64,000 nucleotides of DNA from a bacterium. GTDB taxonomy: Bacteria > UBA8248. A program made the translations under genes and the position numbers. How positions within the stretch are numbered: the first letter of the stretch is position 1; the number at the start of each line of letters is the position of its first letter. This document shows, one piece after another, positions 1-9,129 of the stretch. The notes beneath the pieces were generated by a model that was not told the DNA's origin, searched no databases, and saw only the letters and a list, made by a program, of their open reading frames with translations. The stretch is taken from the NCBI GenBank assembly GCA_965221165.1, contig CBDCRP010000003.1:64001-128000 (forward strand), written 5' to 3'.

Positions 1-355
1 CTACAATTGCCGCTGGTGGACTCCTGCGCAGTTTCTGGAGAAAAGACCCGTGATTGAAGCGGAATGCAAAAAAGCGGGAAGGGACCCGGAGGCGATAAGG
101 GCCTCTCTCATGGTCATGGTGATTCCCGAGAAGGACAGGGCGGTAGCGAGGGCGGCTCGTGAAAAATTGAGCGTCATCCCGGAATCGGGGACCGTCTATG
201 GAACGCCTGATGATTGCATCTCACGCCTCAAGGAATATCCTAAAGCGGGCGTGAACCACATTCTGGTCACCATACCGGATCTGGATACCAACCCTCACAG
301 GTTGACCCTTTTAGGCGAAGAAATCATACCGGCGCTCCAGGCGCATGGAGGATAA
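1..355 (+). CDS. LLM-class (luciferase-like) flavin-dependent oxidoreductase, C-terminal part; 5' end outside the window
   Basis: Frame open from base 2. Contains AGRDPEAI...GTPDDCISRLKEY..AGVNH...LLGEEIIPAL, typical of an LLM C-terminus. Confidence 0.75.
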   Translation, partial: YNCRWWTPAQFLEKRPVIEAECKKAGRDPEAIRASLMVMVIPEKDRAVARAAREKLSVIPESGTVYGTPDDCISRLKEYPKAGVNHILVTIPDLDTNPHRLTLLGEEIIPALQAHGG

Positions 356-1506
356 TGACGTTGCCTGTCATGACGAACACGGAATTAACGGAAAAAGAAG
401 CGCTCCTCCAGGAAGAGGCTAGTGTCTTCTCCCAAAAGCGACTCGCCCCCGGCGCCCTGGAGCGTGACCGGGACGCCATGTTCTCTATCGAGTTGTACGA
501 AGAGGCGGCGGAGGCGGGGTTCATCGGCGTCAAAATACCTGAAAGTCTGGGCGGTTCCGGCCTTGGATTGTTTCAGGAATGTCTCGTCATGGAGGAACTG
601 GCCGGTGGCGACCCGAGTTTTGCGCTCACGATCAGCATATCGGCGGGCCTGTGTGGTGGTCATTTTCTGCATTATGGGGCGGATGAGCAGAAAAAAAGCT
701 GTATTCCTTCTCTCACGAAGGGCGCCATTGGCGCGTGGGGGATCACGGAACGGGTCGCGGGCAGCCATGCGGCGGCTCTGGAGTGTGAGGCGAGGCGGCA
801 GGGGGATGCGTATATCATCAACGGTGCGAAAATGTTCGTCACGCAAGGAATGGATTTCGAGAGTATGGTTATCTTTGCGCGTACGGCGGAGGGGAAGAAC
901 GGCATCAGCGCATTTTTGATAGAAAAGGAAGATCAGGGGCGCAGAAGCGTCGTCCTCGCTCAAACTCTCGGGGTGCGCTCAGCAGGCACGGCGGAAATCT
1001 TCTTTGAGAACTGTGAGGTTCCGGCGGAGCGCCTCATCGGGCAGGAAGGGGATGGCCTGCGACAGGCGATGCAGGTTCTGAATGACGGAAGAGTCGTGCT
1101 GGGCGCGATGTGCGTCGGCATTGCGCAGGCGTCACTAGAAGCCGCGGCATCCCATGCGAAGGGGCGTGAAGCGTTCGGCAAGCCCGTCTCTGATTTCGCC
1201 GGCTTGCGCGGGATGATGGCCGAGAGCGCCATCGACATCGCTACTGCGCGGGAAATGGTCGTCCATGCGGCGAAAATACGGGACCAGTGTGGAGATAACA
1301 AGGAAGAAGTGGCCATGGCGAAACTTTTCGCCTCGGAAGCCTGCCTTCGCGTGTGTGACAGGGGTATTCAAATACACGGCGGGTATGGATATATCGGCGA
1401 AACGCCGGCGGGGATGTTCTGGCGCGATGCCCGGGTGTTCACTCTCGGGGAAGGTACGAGCGAAGTGCATCGCAACCTCATCTCCCGTTATCTATTCGAT
1501 TCTTGA
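355..1506 (+). CDS. Acyl-CoA dehydrogenase family protein
   Basis: Motifs GAWGITE..AGS, INGAKMFVT, QIHGGYGY, LGEGTSEVHR. Start overlaps the upstream stop (TAATG). Confidence 0.92.
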   Translation: MTLPVMTNTELTEKEALLQEEASVFSQKRLAPGALERDRDAMFSIELYEEAAEAGFIGVKIPESLGGSGLGLFQECLVMEELAGGDPSFALTISISAGLCGGHFLHYGADEQKKSCIPSLTKGAIGAWGITERVAGSHAAALECEARRQGDAYIINGAKMFVTQGMDFESMVIFARTAEGKNGISAFLIEKEDQGRRSVVLAQTLGVRSAGTAEIFFENCEVPAERLIGQEGDGLRQAMQVLNDGRVVLGAMCVGIAQASLEAAASHAKGREAFGKPVSDFAGLRGMMAESAIDIATAREMVVHAAKIRDQCGDNKEEVAMAKLFASEACLRVCDRGIQIHGGYGYIGETPAGMFWRDARVFTLGEGTSEVHRNLISRYLFDS

Positions 1507-1571
1507 GGGTTCTTCCTCCTTCAATGGACAACTTGAGAATACGCCCACAACATATTGATAAATAATCTAAA

Positions 1572-2525
1572 ATGAGCGACAGAAATCAAATACAAATCTC
1601 ACAGATTCTCGATGGAATGGTTCGCCCCGCAGCCAGACTCATCACGCTGGTGGAAGACAACGACCCCCGCGCGAAACCCATTTTGCAGGAACTGTACCTG
1701 AAAGGCGGTAAGAGCTTGGTCATCGGCATTACCGGCCCACCGGGAGCGGGCAAGAGCACGCTTTCCGATCAGCTGATCACCCATTATCGCGCACAGGATA
1801 AAAGGGTGTGCGTTATCGCCGTAGACCCGACGAGTCCGTTTACGGGCGGCGCCATTTTGGGCGATCGAATCCGCATGGGCAGGCACAACACGGACCCGAA
1901 AGTCTTTATTCGGAGCATGGCCACGCGCGGCCATCTGGGAGGACTCGCCTGCGCGACGGGAGATGCGCTCTGCGTCATGGATGCCATGGGCTGGGACGTC
2001 GTGATCATCGAGACGGTAGGCGTGGGGCAGGGCGAGGTGAGCATCATGCAATGTGCGGGCGTGGTCGTTTTGCTGCAAACCCCCGGTGGTGGGGATCATA
2101 TTCAGGCGGCGAAGGCGGGAATCCTGGAAATCGGCGATATTTTCGTGGTGAACAAGGCGAAACGTGACGGCGCGGACCGCACCGTCAAGGAAATCGAAGA
2201 AATGCTGGATTTCAAGTTCCATCCCGGCGACGGTTCATGGAGGCCTCCCGTGCTGAAGGCAGAAGCGCTCACGGGCGAGGGCACGAATGAATTGGTCGCG
2301 CAGATCGAGGCGCGCGCGTCTTTTCTGAAAGAACATCCGGATGAAGCCGGTCGCCTGGGACGGGAGCGCGCCCGCATCACGCTCGCAGAGGTGATGAAAG
2401 AACTCGCGGTCGAGCGCATGGTCTATGGAGGGAAAGGCGGGCAGGAACTGGATGAACTCTTGGACGCCATCGCCACGCGAAGGGTGGACCCTTACAGCGC
2501 AGCCGAGAAGATACTGGGCGCATGA
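1572..2525 (+). CDS. meaB: Methylmalonyl-CoA mutase-associated GTPase MeaB
   Basis: GITGPPGAGKST, AVDPTSPFTGGAILGDRIRM, IETVGVGQ, VVNKA. Confidence 0.93.
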   Translation: MSDRNQIQISQILDGMVRPAARLITLVEDNDPRAKPILQELYLKGGKSLVIGITGPPGAGKSTLSDQLITHYRAQDKRVCVIAVDPTSPFTGGAILGDRIRMGRHNTDPKVFIRSMATRGHLGGLACATGDALCVMDAMGWDVVIIETVGVGQGEVSIMQCAGVVVLLQTPGGGDHIQAAKAGILEIGDIFVVNKAKRDGADRTVKEIEEMLDFKFHPGDGSWRPPVLKAEALTGEGTNELVAQIEARASFLKEHPDEAGRLGRERARITLAEVMKELAVERMVYGGKGGQELDELLDAIATRRVDPYSAAEKILGA

Positions 2526-2535
2526 GGAGAAAGCC

Positions 2536-2865
2536 ATGAAGGATGGGCGGGCGTTCCGGGTCGTGATAAGTACGGCGGGTACTGAAGAAGAGGGAGCGCA
2601 GATTGCGAAATCATTGCTCGAGCGCAAGCTGTGCGCCTGCGTCAATCTGGTGCCGAAAGTTCGCAGCTTCTACCGCTGGGAGGGGACGATTCAGGACGAT
2701 GCGGAAGTCTTGCTCATCATGAAGACCACAAAAGAGAAACTACAACGTCTCTCCGAGCATCTGGCCGAAATTCACAGCTACGACGTGCCGGAGGTGCTGG
2801 CCGTAGCAATCGATCAGGGTCGTGCGTCCTACCTTGAGTGGCTGGAGGAGAGTTGCGCCGACTAG
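2536..2865 (+). CDS. cutA: Divalent-cation tolerance protein CutA
   Basis: IAKSLLERKLCACVNLVP..S.YRWEG, HSYDVPEVL. GAGGAG RBS before ATG 2536. Confidence 0.92.
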   Translation: MKDGRAFRVVISTAGTEEEGAQIAKSLLERKLCACVNLVPKVRSFYRWEGTIQDDAEVLLIMKTTKEKLQRLSEHLAEIHSYDVPEVLAVAIDQGRASYLEWLEESCAD

Positions 2866-2921
2866 CGCGCCTCATTCCCTCGCTTCTTCCTTCCCGAGAG
2901 GGGAGGCGTTATCCAAAATAA

Positions 2922-4271
2922 TTAAAGAATGGAGAGATATTTGTTGAGTTCGAAATCCGAGACGTGAGCGCGATAAGGCGCCCATTCGAGTTTTTTGTTC
3001 TCGATGAATTTCTCGAAAAGCTGGTTCCCGAACACGCCTCTCAGTAAATCGCTCTGCTCGGCCAGCACCGTGGCCTCCCGCAGATTCCCCGGTAGGTTTT
3101 TGATGCCTTGCTCCCGACGCTTTTCCTCACTCATTTCAAATACATTTTCTTCCGAGGCGGGGACCGGCGGCAGGCCTTCTTCGATTCCCGCAATTCCGGC
3201 CGCCAGCATGCAGGCGAAAGCCAGGTAGGGGTTGCACGCCGAGTCCGGCGAGCGCAATTCGATGCGCGTGTCGGATTCCATGCCCTTGCGCGTGCTGGGG
3301 ATGCGGATCAGATCGCTGCGGCTCTTATGCGCCCATGTAACGTAGGTGGGCGCTTCGAAACCGGGGACGAGGCGTTTGTAGCTGTTCACCCACTGGTTGA
3401 GGACGAGCGTCATCTCGAGGACGTATTTCAAGAGACCGGCGATGAACGCCTGGCATGTATCTGAGAGCCCGCCCGGTTTTTCGGGGTCGTGGAACGCGTT
3501 CGTCGAACCCTGGAACAGGGAGAGATGGGTGTGCATCCCGTTTCCGTTCGCTTCTGATATCGGCTTGGGCATGAAAGTGGCGTAAACGCCGTGGCGCATG
3601 GCGACTTCCTTGACGACGAGCCGGTAGGTCATCGCATTGTCCGCCATCGTGAGCGCATCGCCGTAGCGCAAATCGATTTCGTGCTGGCTGGGCCCGACTT
3701 CGTGGTGGCTGTATTCGACCCCGATGCCCATCTTCTCGAGATCCAAAACCGTTTCGCGCCTTAAATCGCTCGCGATGTCGAGGGGAGTGAGGTCGAAGTA
3801 TCTGCCCTTATCGAGCGTTTCAACCGGCGGTTCGGGGGATTTGAAATAGTAATGTTCATATTCCACGCCTGTGTAAAACGTAAATCCCTTTTGCGCCGCA
3901 TTCTGAAGGGTTCGCCTGAGCACGAATCTCGGGTCGCTTTCATAGGGGTTGCCGTCGGGGTCTTTGATGTCGCAAAACATTCTCGCGACGCCGCCGCCGT
4001 CCTGCGGACGCCAGGGCAGTACGCAGAACGTCGTGGGATCGGGGTGGGCGAACATGTCGCTCTCCTCGATGCGCGCGAAACCCTGTATGGCGGCCCCATC
4101 GAAAAGATGCCCCTCATAAAGCGCATTTTCCAGTTCTTCTATGGTGACGGCGAAACTCTTCAGGAAACCCAGTATGTCGGTGAACGACATGCGGATGAAA
4201 CGCACGCCGAGTTCGCGGGCTTGATTGATTACGAATTCCCGATCTTTATCATCAAATGCGTCAGTCATCAT
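2922..4271 (-). CDS. glnA: Glutamine synthetase type I family protein (GlnA2/GSI-alpha-like)
   Basis: FDGAAIQGFARIEESDM, HHEVGPSQHEID, FMPKP, GMHTH, SYKRLVPGFEAP, RIELRSPD..CNPYL. Confidence 0.9.
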   Translation of the reverse strand: MMTDAFDDKDREFVINQARELGVRFIRMSFTDILGFLKSFAVTIEELENALYEGHLFDGAAIQGFARIEESDMFAHPDPTTFCVLPWRPQDGGGVARMFCDIKDPDGNPYESDPRFVLRRTLQNAAQKGFTFYTGVEYEHYYFKSPEPPVETLDKGRYFDLTPLDIASDLRRETVLDLEKMGIGVEYSHHEVGPSQHEIDLRYGDALTMADNAMTYRLVVKEVAMRHGVYATFMPKPISEANGNGMHTHLSLFQGSTNAFHDPEKPGGLSDTCQAFIAGLLKYVLEMTLVLNQWVNSYKRLVPGFEAPTYVTWAHKSRSDLIRIPSTRKGMESDTRIELRSPDSACNPYLAFACMLAAGIAGIEEGLPPVPASEENVFEMSEEKRREQGIKNLPGNLREATVLAEQSDLLRGVFGNQLFEKFIENKKLEWAPYRAHVSDFELNKYLSIL

Positions 4272-4391
4272 GAACTCCAGATGAGCCGATACTTCTCCTC
4301 AAAGCAATTCAGCCTATATCGTGAATGTTTCTTGCCGGTTTCGCAGCGTCGGTTTTTCGTCTCGCCGGAAAAGTCGCAGAAGTTTCAGGCG

Positions 4392-5063
4392 TCATAATGA
4401 TTCTCCGATGAACTTGTACCCGACCCCCCGCACCGTGGAAATAAACGAATATCCATTGACTTCGATTTTCGCGCGGATGCGGCGGACGTGAACGTCGACC
4501 GTCCGCGGGCCTCCGAAATAGTCGATCCCCCAGACGAGGTTCAGGAGCTGCTCCCTGTCGAAGACGCGCTCGGGATTGTTGATGAGGTGCTTCAAAAGCT
4601 CGAATTCGCGGTACGTCAGGTCGATCAACTCTCCATCGAGCCTGATCTCGTTGCGGCTCTCATCGAGCGTTAAACCCTTGCTCTTGAGGGTGCGGCCTCC
4701 CTCGACCTCATGGGTGGTGCGATGGCACAGGTTGCGGACGCGATACAAAAGCTCTTCTTCCCGTACGGGTTTCACGAGTATGTCGTCGGCCTCGATGGGT
4801 GTGCGAATGACGCCAAGGCGGTCCGGTTCGAGGAGCAGGAGGATCGGCAACGTGGTCTAGTTCCTCATTTCCTCCACTTTAGGCAGTGCGGGGGCGTCAT
4901 CGAGCAAGATGAGGGCCAGCCCTCTGGCGCGCACCTCCTGTAAAGCCGTGGTTTCGTTCTGCACCATTTTGCAGAAATGGCCTTCACGCCTCAGGGCTCG
5001 CCCGAGCGCATCCGCGAACCCATTGCCCATTGTCTGCCGTGTAAATCAGTAGATTCGCCAATT
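4392..5063 (-). pseudogene. OmpR-family response regulator, GlnR-like; in-frame TAG at 4857-4859 and a frameshift near 5030 (real lesions or sequence errors)
   Basis: Winged-helix domain LTYREFELLKHL..PERVFDREQLL..VWGIDYFGGPRTVDVHVRRIRAK. Reading upstream through the TAG gives receiver-like ALRREGHFC...ALILLDD. Confidence 0.75.
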
Positions 5064-5140
5064 CCGTTCCCTGTCCGTGAAAGCAGGCCGATAAAAGTGT
5101 AATTTATACAAACAGACGAGGTGCGAAGAAAGAGGAGTTT

Positions 5141-6406
5141 TTATATGCGCGCGATCTTGTTCGTCATGTCGATCAGACTGTCGAGGTTGTGGGCCGCCAG
5201 GAATTCATCGCAATAGGGCAGGGCCGTTCGCATACCTCTGTCGATCGGGCGGTAGCCGGGGCTGCCCAGCAAAGGATTGAGCCAGAAGAGTTTGTAGCAG
5301 ATTTTCTTGAGGCGATTCATTTCCTCCGCCAGCGTATCCGTATCGCCCCGATCCCAGCCGTCCGATATGATGATGACGATGGTGCGGCTGTTCAGGACGG
5401 TCCTGCCGTATTCATAGTTGAATGTTTTGAGACAGTTGCCGATCTGCGTGCCGCCGCTCCAGTCGTGCACTTCCATAGATAGGCGCTTGAGAGCGGTGTT
5501 TACGTCCTTGTGGCGCAGATACGGCGTTGCGTCCGAAAGACGCGTGCTGAATACGAAGGTGCGCAGCGATTTAATCTCGTTTTGCAGGCTGTAGAGAAAC
5601 TGAATCAGAAATTGACTGTAGCTGTCCATCGACCCCGATACGTCGCAGATCAGCACGATCTGGGTTTTTTGTATCTTTCTTCTCCGGCGGAAGAGTTTCA
5701 GCACCTCCCCACCCGAGCGAACGCTTCTCGTTACGCTTCGCCTCATGTCGATTTCGGGAGAGCGCATGTCGGGCCGTTTGCGGCGGCTGATTTTGGTGGC
5801 GAGCTTTGGCACGAGTTTCGCAATGAGGCGCCTGAGTTCGGCGACCTGGTCCATGTTCAGTGCGGAAAAATCCTTGTCCGATATGACTTCGGCGGGACTG
5901 TAAGAGGGCACTCCCTCGTCGTCATCTCCCTGCTCACCGGGTTCGGCGGCGCTTTCGACGTCATCTTCCGATGGAAGCCCTGGATTTTCCTGCCCTTCGC
6001 CCTCGGCGTCCGATTCTCCTTCCTCCGAAGTTCCGCCCCCCTCGCCGGCTTGTCCTTCGCCTTCTTCTTCGAATTGAGTGTCGACCTGCACCGATTCGTC
6101 GCCCGAGTAAGGATTTCCTTTCTCGTCGAACCAGTATTGCCGGAACACGGCGTCGAATATCATGCTCTCATCCTGGCTTGAGATGAGATTCGACTTGCTG
6201 GCGATATAGATGTTGTCGAGATTCGTGGCCTCGAGCGAGTCGAAACTGCGGAACACGTCGATGATGCGGCCGGAGGTTATCTTGAGACCCGCGCGCCTGA
6301 GGATACGGCAAAAGCCGATCATCTCACCTTTCAGGCCTCGGCCCCTTACCCGGACTCGGCGCTTGGGAAGAGTCCCTTGCACGATGGGACGGATGGTGGT
6401 TGCCAT
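5141..6406 (-). CDS. coxE: CoxE-like VWA-domain protein
   Basis: MIDAS motif DVSGSM, FVFSTRL, WSGGTQIG, ISDGWDRGD, WLNPL. Confidence 0.9.
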   Translation of the reverse strand: MATTIRPIVQGTLPKRRVRVRGRGLKGEMIGFCRILRRAGLKITSGRIIDVFRSFDSLEATNLDNIYIASKSNLISSQDESMIFDAVFRQYWFDEKGNPYSGDESVQVDTQFEEEGEGQAGEGGGTSEEGESDAEGEGQENPGLPSEDDVESAAEPGEQGDDDEGVPSYSPAEVISDKDFSALNMDQVAELRRLIAKLVPKLATKISRRKRPDMRSPEIDMRRSVTRSVRSGGEVLKLFRRRRKIQKTQIVLICDVSGSMDSYSQFLIQFLYSLQNEIKSLRTFVFSTRLSDATPYLRHKDVNTALKRLSMEVHDWSGGTQIGNCLKTFNYEYGRTVLNSRTIVIIISDGWDRGDTDTLAEEMNRLKKICYKLFWLNPLLGSPGYRPIDRGMRTALPYCDEFLAAHNLDSLIDMTNKIARI

Positions 6407-6419
6407 GAAAATGCCCGGA

Positions 6420-7370
6420 TCAGGCGTCGGGCGCCAGTTGCGCCGTCGCTACCATGCTGTCGAGACCGTCATTCTCCACACGTTTGATGTCGTCCTGGTA
6501 CTTGAGTATGCAGCCGATGGTTTCTCGCACGGCGTCTGCGTCGAGTTCATTGCGGTGCAGCGCCAGGAGCGCCTGCGCCCAGTCGAGGGATTCCGCCACG
6601 CCGGGGCGTTTGTAGAAGTCCATCTGCCTCGCCTGCGTCATAAAGCGGGAGATTTGTTCGGCCAGCCGATCGGTGATCCCGGGCACCTTCGTCGTGATGA
6701 TCTCCACTTCTTTCTCGAAGGAGGGATAATCGACCCACAGATAAAGGCAACGACGCTTGAGGGCGTCGTGAATCTCGCGCGTCCGGTTGCTGGTGAGCAC
6801 CACGAAGGGTTTGCTGGCCGCCTTGACGGTCCCCATCTCCGGAATCGTGATCTGGTAGTCGGAGAGAATTTCCAGCAAAAACGCTTCGAATTCTTCGTCC
6901 GAGCGGTCGATTTCGTCGATGAGCAGGACCACCGGCTTCTCTTTCGAGTGCAACAGCGCGCGAAGAAGGGGCCGTTCTATCAGGTACTCTTGGCTGAAGA
7001 TGTCTTTTTCAATCTTCTTCGCGTCCGAATCCCTGCCTTCTTCCATCTTGATGTGGAGGAGTTGTTTCGCATAGTTCCACTCGTAGAGAGCCGAACTCGC
7101 GTCGAGGCCCTCGTAGCATTGCAAGCGGATGAGTTCGGTATCCATCGCGCTGGCGAGCACTTTTGCAAGTTCCGTCTTCCCGACACCGGCTTCGCCTTCC
7201 AGGAAGAGGGGTTTTTCCAGCTTCGTGGCCAGGAAGAGTGTGGTCGCCAGAGTTCTGTCGGAGATGTAGTCTAGTTTTCTGAACGAATCCTGAACATCCT
7301 CGACGTCCGTAAATCCTGATGAGGACCCTTTCTTCCCTTTGGTTGAGTTTGATGAGGCAGTCACGCTCAT
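6420..7370 (-). CDS. coxD: CoxD-like MoxR AAA+ ATPase
   Basis: EGEAGVGKT, RLQCYEGLD, LLIDEID, TSNRTREIHDALKRRC. Confidence 0.92.
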   Translation of the reverse strand: MSVTASSNSTKGKKGSSSGFTDVEDVQDSFRKLDYISDRTLATTLFLATKLEKPLFLEGEAGVGKTELAKVLASAMDTELIRLQCYEGLDASSALYEWNYAKQLLHIKMEEGRDSDAKKIEKDIFSQEYLIERPLLRALLHSKEKPVVLLIDEIDRSDEEFEAFLLEILSDYQITIPEMGTVKAASKPFVVLTSNRTREIHDALKRRCLYLWVDYPSFEKEVEIITTKVPGITDRLAEQISRFMTQARQMDFYKRPGVAESLDWAQALLALHRNELDADAVRETIGCILKYQDDIKRVENDGLDSMVATAQLAPDA

Positions 7371-7927
7371 TTCCCTTTTCCTTTCTTCGAGGAAAGTTCT
7401 TCAGCCGCCGCCTCGATAGCGTCGATAATCTTCACATAGCCGGTGCAGCGACAAAGATTACCCGCGATGCCGACCTTGATTTCCTGTCGGCTGGGGTTCG
7501 GGGTGTTGTCGAGCAATTCCTTCGCGGCGACTATCATTCCAGGCGTACAGAAACCGCACTGAATGGCGCCGTGCTCGATGAATTTTTGCTGGATCGGGTG
7601 GAGGTTGTCCACCGTTCCGATGCCTTTGACCGTGGTGATTTCACGGCCTTCCGCCTGGACGCCGAGCGCGCAGCACGCGTTCATCGCCAGACCATCCAGA
7701 AGAATCGTGCAGGCGCCGCAATCGCCCGCCTCGCAACCGTTTTTCACTTCGGTGAAACCCAAGTCACGCAGCAGATACAGCAAAGTGGTGTGCGCGGGCG
7801 CGTCAGTGTTGACTTCCTGGTCGTTCACCGTGAAGGAAATGGGCACCTTCTTTGGGGGCACGTATGCGGGTGCGCTCGATTTTTTCTTCGCGGTTCGTTT
7901 TGATTTGCTCGCTGTAGCCATCTTCAA
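7367..7927 (-). CDS. coxS: CoxS-like 2Fe-2S subunit of a xanthine oxidase-family molybdoenzyme
   Basis: GCEAGDCGACT, QCGFCTPG, GNLCRCTGY. Confidence 0.93.
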   Translation of the reverse strand: MKMATASKSKRTAKKKSSAPAYVPPKKVPISFTVNDQEVNTDAPAHTTLLYLLRDLGFTEVKNGCEAGDCGACTILLDGLAMNACCALGVQAEGREITTVKGIGTVDNLHPIQQKFIEHGAIQCGFCTPGMIVAAKELLDNTPNPSRQEIKVGIAGNLCRCTGYVKIIDAIEAAAEELSSKKGKGK

Positions 7928-7964
7928 GGATTCTCCAATAAAATCTAAGAGACGATGGAGTCTT

Positions 7965-8831
7965 CTATTCGTTGTCCTGTGAAATATCCAGCGCCTGGCA
8001 AATGAGGCGACGGGGCAAGACCTCGCACATCAGCTTGCGGTATTCCGCCGATGCGCGAATGTCGTCAATCGGCGTCGCAACGGCGGCGCATGCCTCCGCG
8101 GCCTTTTGAGCCAACTCGAGGTTTACCATATTGCCTTCGAGAATTTTCTCCGCCTCATAGCAGCGGATCGGAGCCGCCGTAACGGAACCCAGTGAAATGC
8201 CCGCTTCCTCCACCTTCTTGCGCCTCACCTTCAACACGACCGCCACGCCCACCACGGTGATGGCCATGGCGTTGCGGCGGGCGAGTTTGTAATACCCCCA
8301 CTTGTGGTTCCTGCCGGGGGAGGGGAAAGTCACGGCGGTGATCAACTCATCCGCTCTGATGGCCGTCTGGCGGTATCCGGTGAGGAATTTATCGAGGTCG
8401 ACCGTTCTTCTTCCTTTTTCGCTGGCGAGCCTCACCTTCGCTTTCAGGGCGAGCAGGGGAGGAACGGCGTCGGCCGCAGGCCCCCCGTCGATGATGTTGC
8501 CGGCCACCGTAGCGCGGTTTCGGATGATCGGCCCTGCGAATTTCTCCGCCATCGCCGCCAGAACGGGCGCTTCCTTGAGGATAATCTTGTTTGTCAGTAA
8601 ATCCGTCATCGTGGCGAGGGCGCCCAGCTTCACTACCCCTTTGGATGAGGATATGCCCCGCAGCGCAGGAACCCGCATCAGGTCGATGACGACTTTCGCC
8701 GGGCCGTCGTGCTGATGCCTGAGATCGGGCAGGAAATTGGTGCCTCCGGCAATGTATTTTGTGTTTCTGCCTTTTGCCGCCTTTAAGGTCGCCGATAAGG
8801 TCGTCGGCGCCACGAATTCAAAACCACGCAT
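7965..8831 (-). CDS. coxM: CoxM-like FAD-binding subunit
   Basis: IAGGTN, IRNRATVAGN, PIDDIRASAEYR. Confidence 0.92.
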   Translation of the reverse strand: MRGFEFVAPTTLSATLKAAKGRNTKYIAGGTNFLPDLRHQHDGPAKVVIDLMRVPALRGISSSKGVVKLGALATMTDLLTNKIILKEAPVLAAMAEKFAGPIIRNRATVAGNIIDGGPAADAVPPLLALKAKVRLASEKGRRTVDLDKFLTGYRQTAIRADELITAVTFPSPGRNHKWGYYKLARRNAMAITVVGVAVVLKVRRKKVEEAGISLGSVTAAPIRCYEAEKILEGNMVNLELAQKAAEACAAVATPIDDIRASAEYRKLMCEVLPRRLICQALDISQDNE

Positions 8832-9129
8832 AGACGAAATCTCTCCTCAATCATCTGAAATAGAATATAACCACACCTGTCATGAAAACTGAAAACGATG
8901 CCGAATCATACCCGACAGAAGGGGATCAAGGAAAACGCTCGGAGTGTTGTGTCAGCCAGCATCCCCTGGTGAACTGGCCGGACAAGTAGTTCTCACTCTC
9001 ATACGGGCGGCGTTACCCTATCAACTGCCACTCTTCCTAGTCAAGCGAAACAGCCCTTGCGGGCCAATTTGCGCAAAGCGTAAGATTGGCTGTAAAAGTA
9101 GCATTTTTCAACATTTGAAGGTAGCCCGA

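Noticed and set aside
4857-4859. Pyrrolysine decoding or genome-wide amber recoding at the in-frame TAG
   Set aside because: Many genes here end normally in TAG, no pyl genes are in the window, and the same gene also has a frameshift.
5141-8831. Aerobic CO dehydrogenase
   Set aside because: No large subunit is present, so the AYxCSFR motif cannot be checked. M, S, D and E homologues are shared with many molybdoenzymes.
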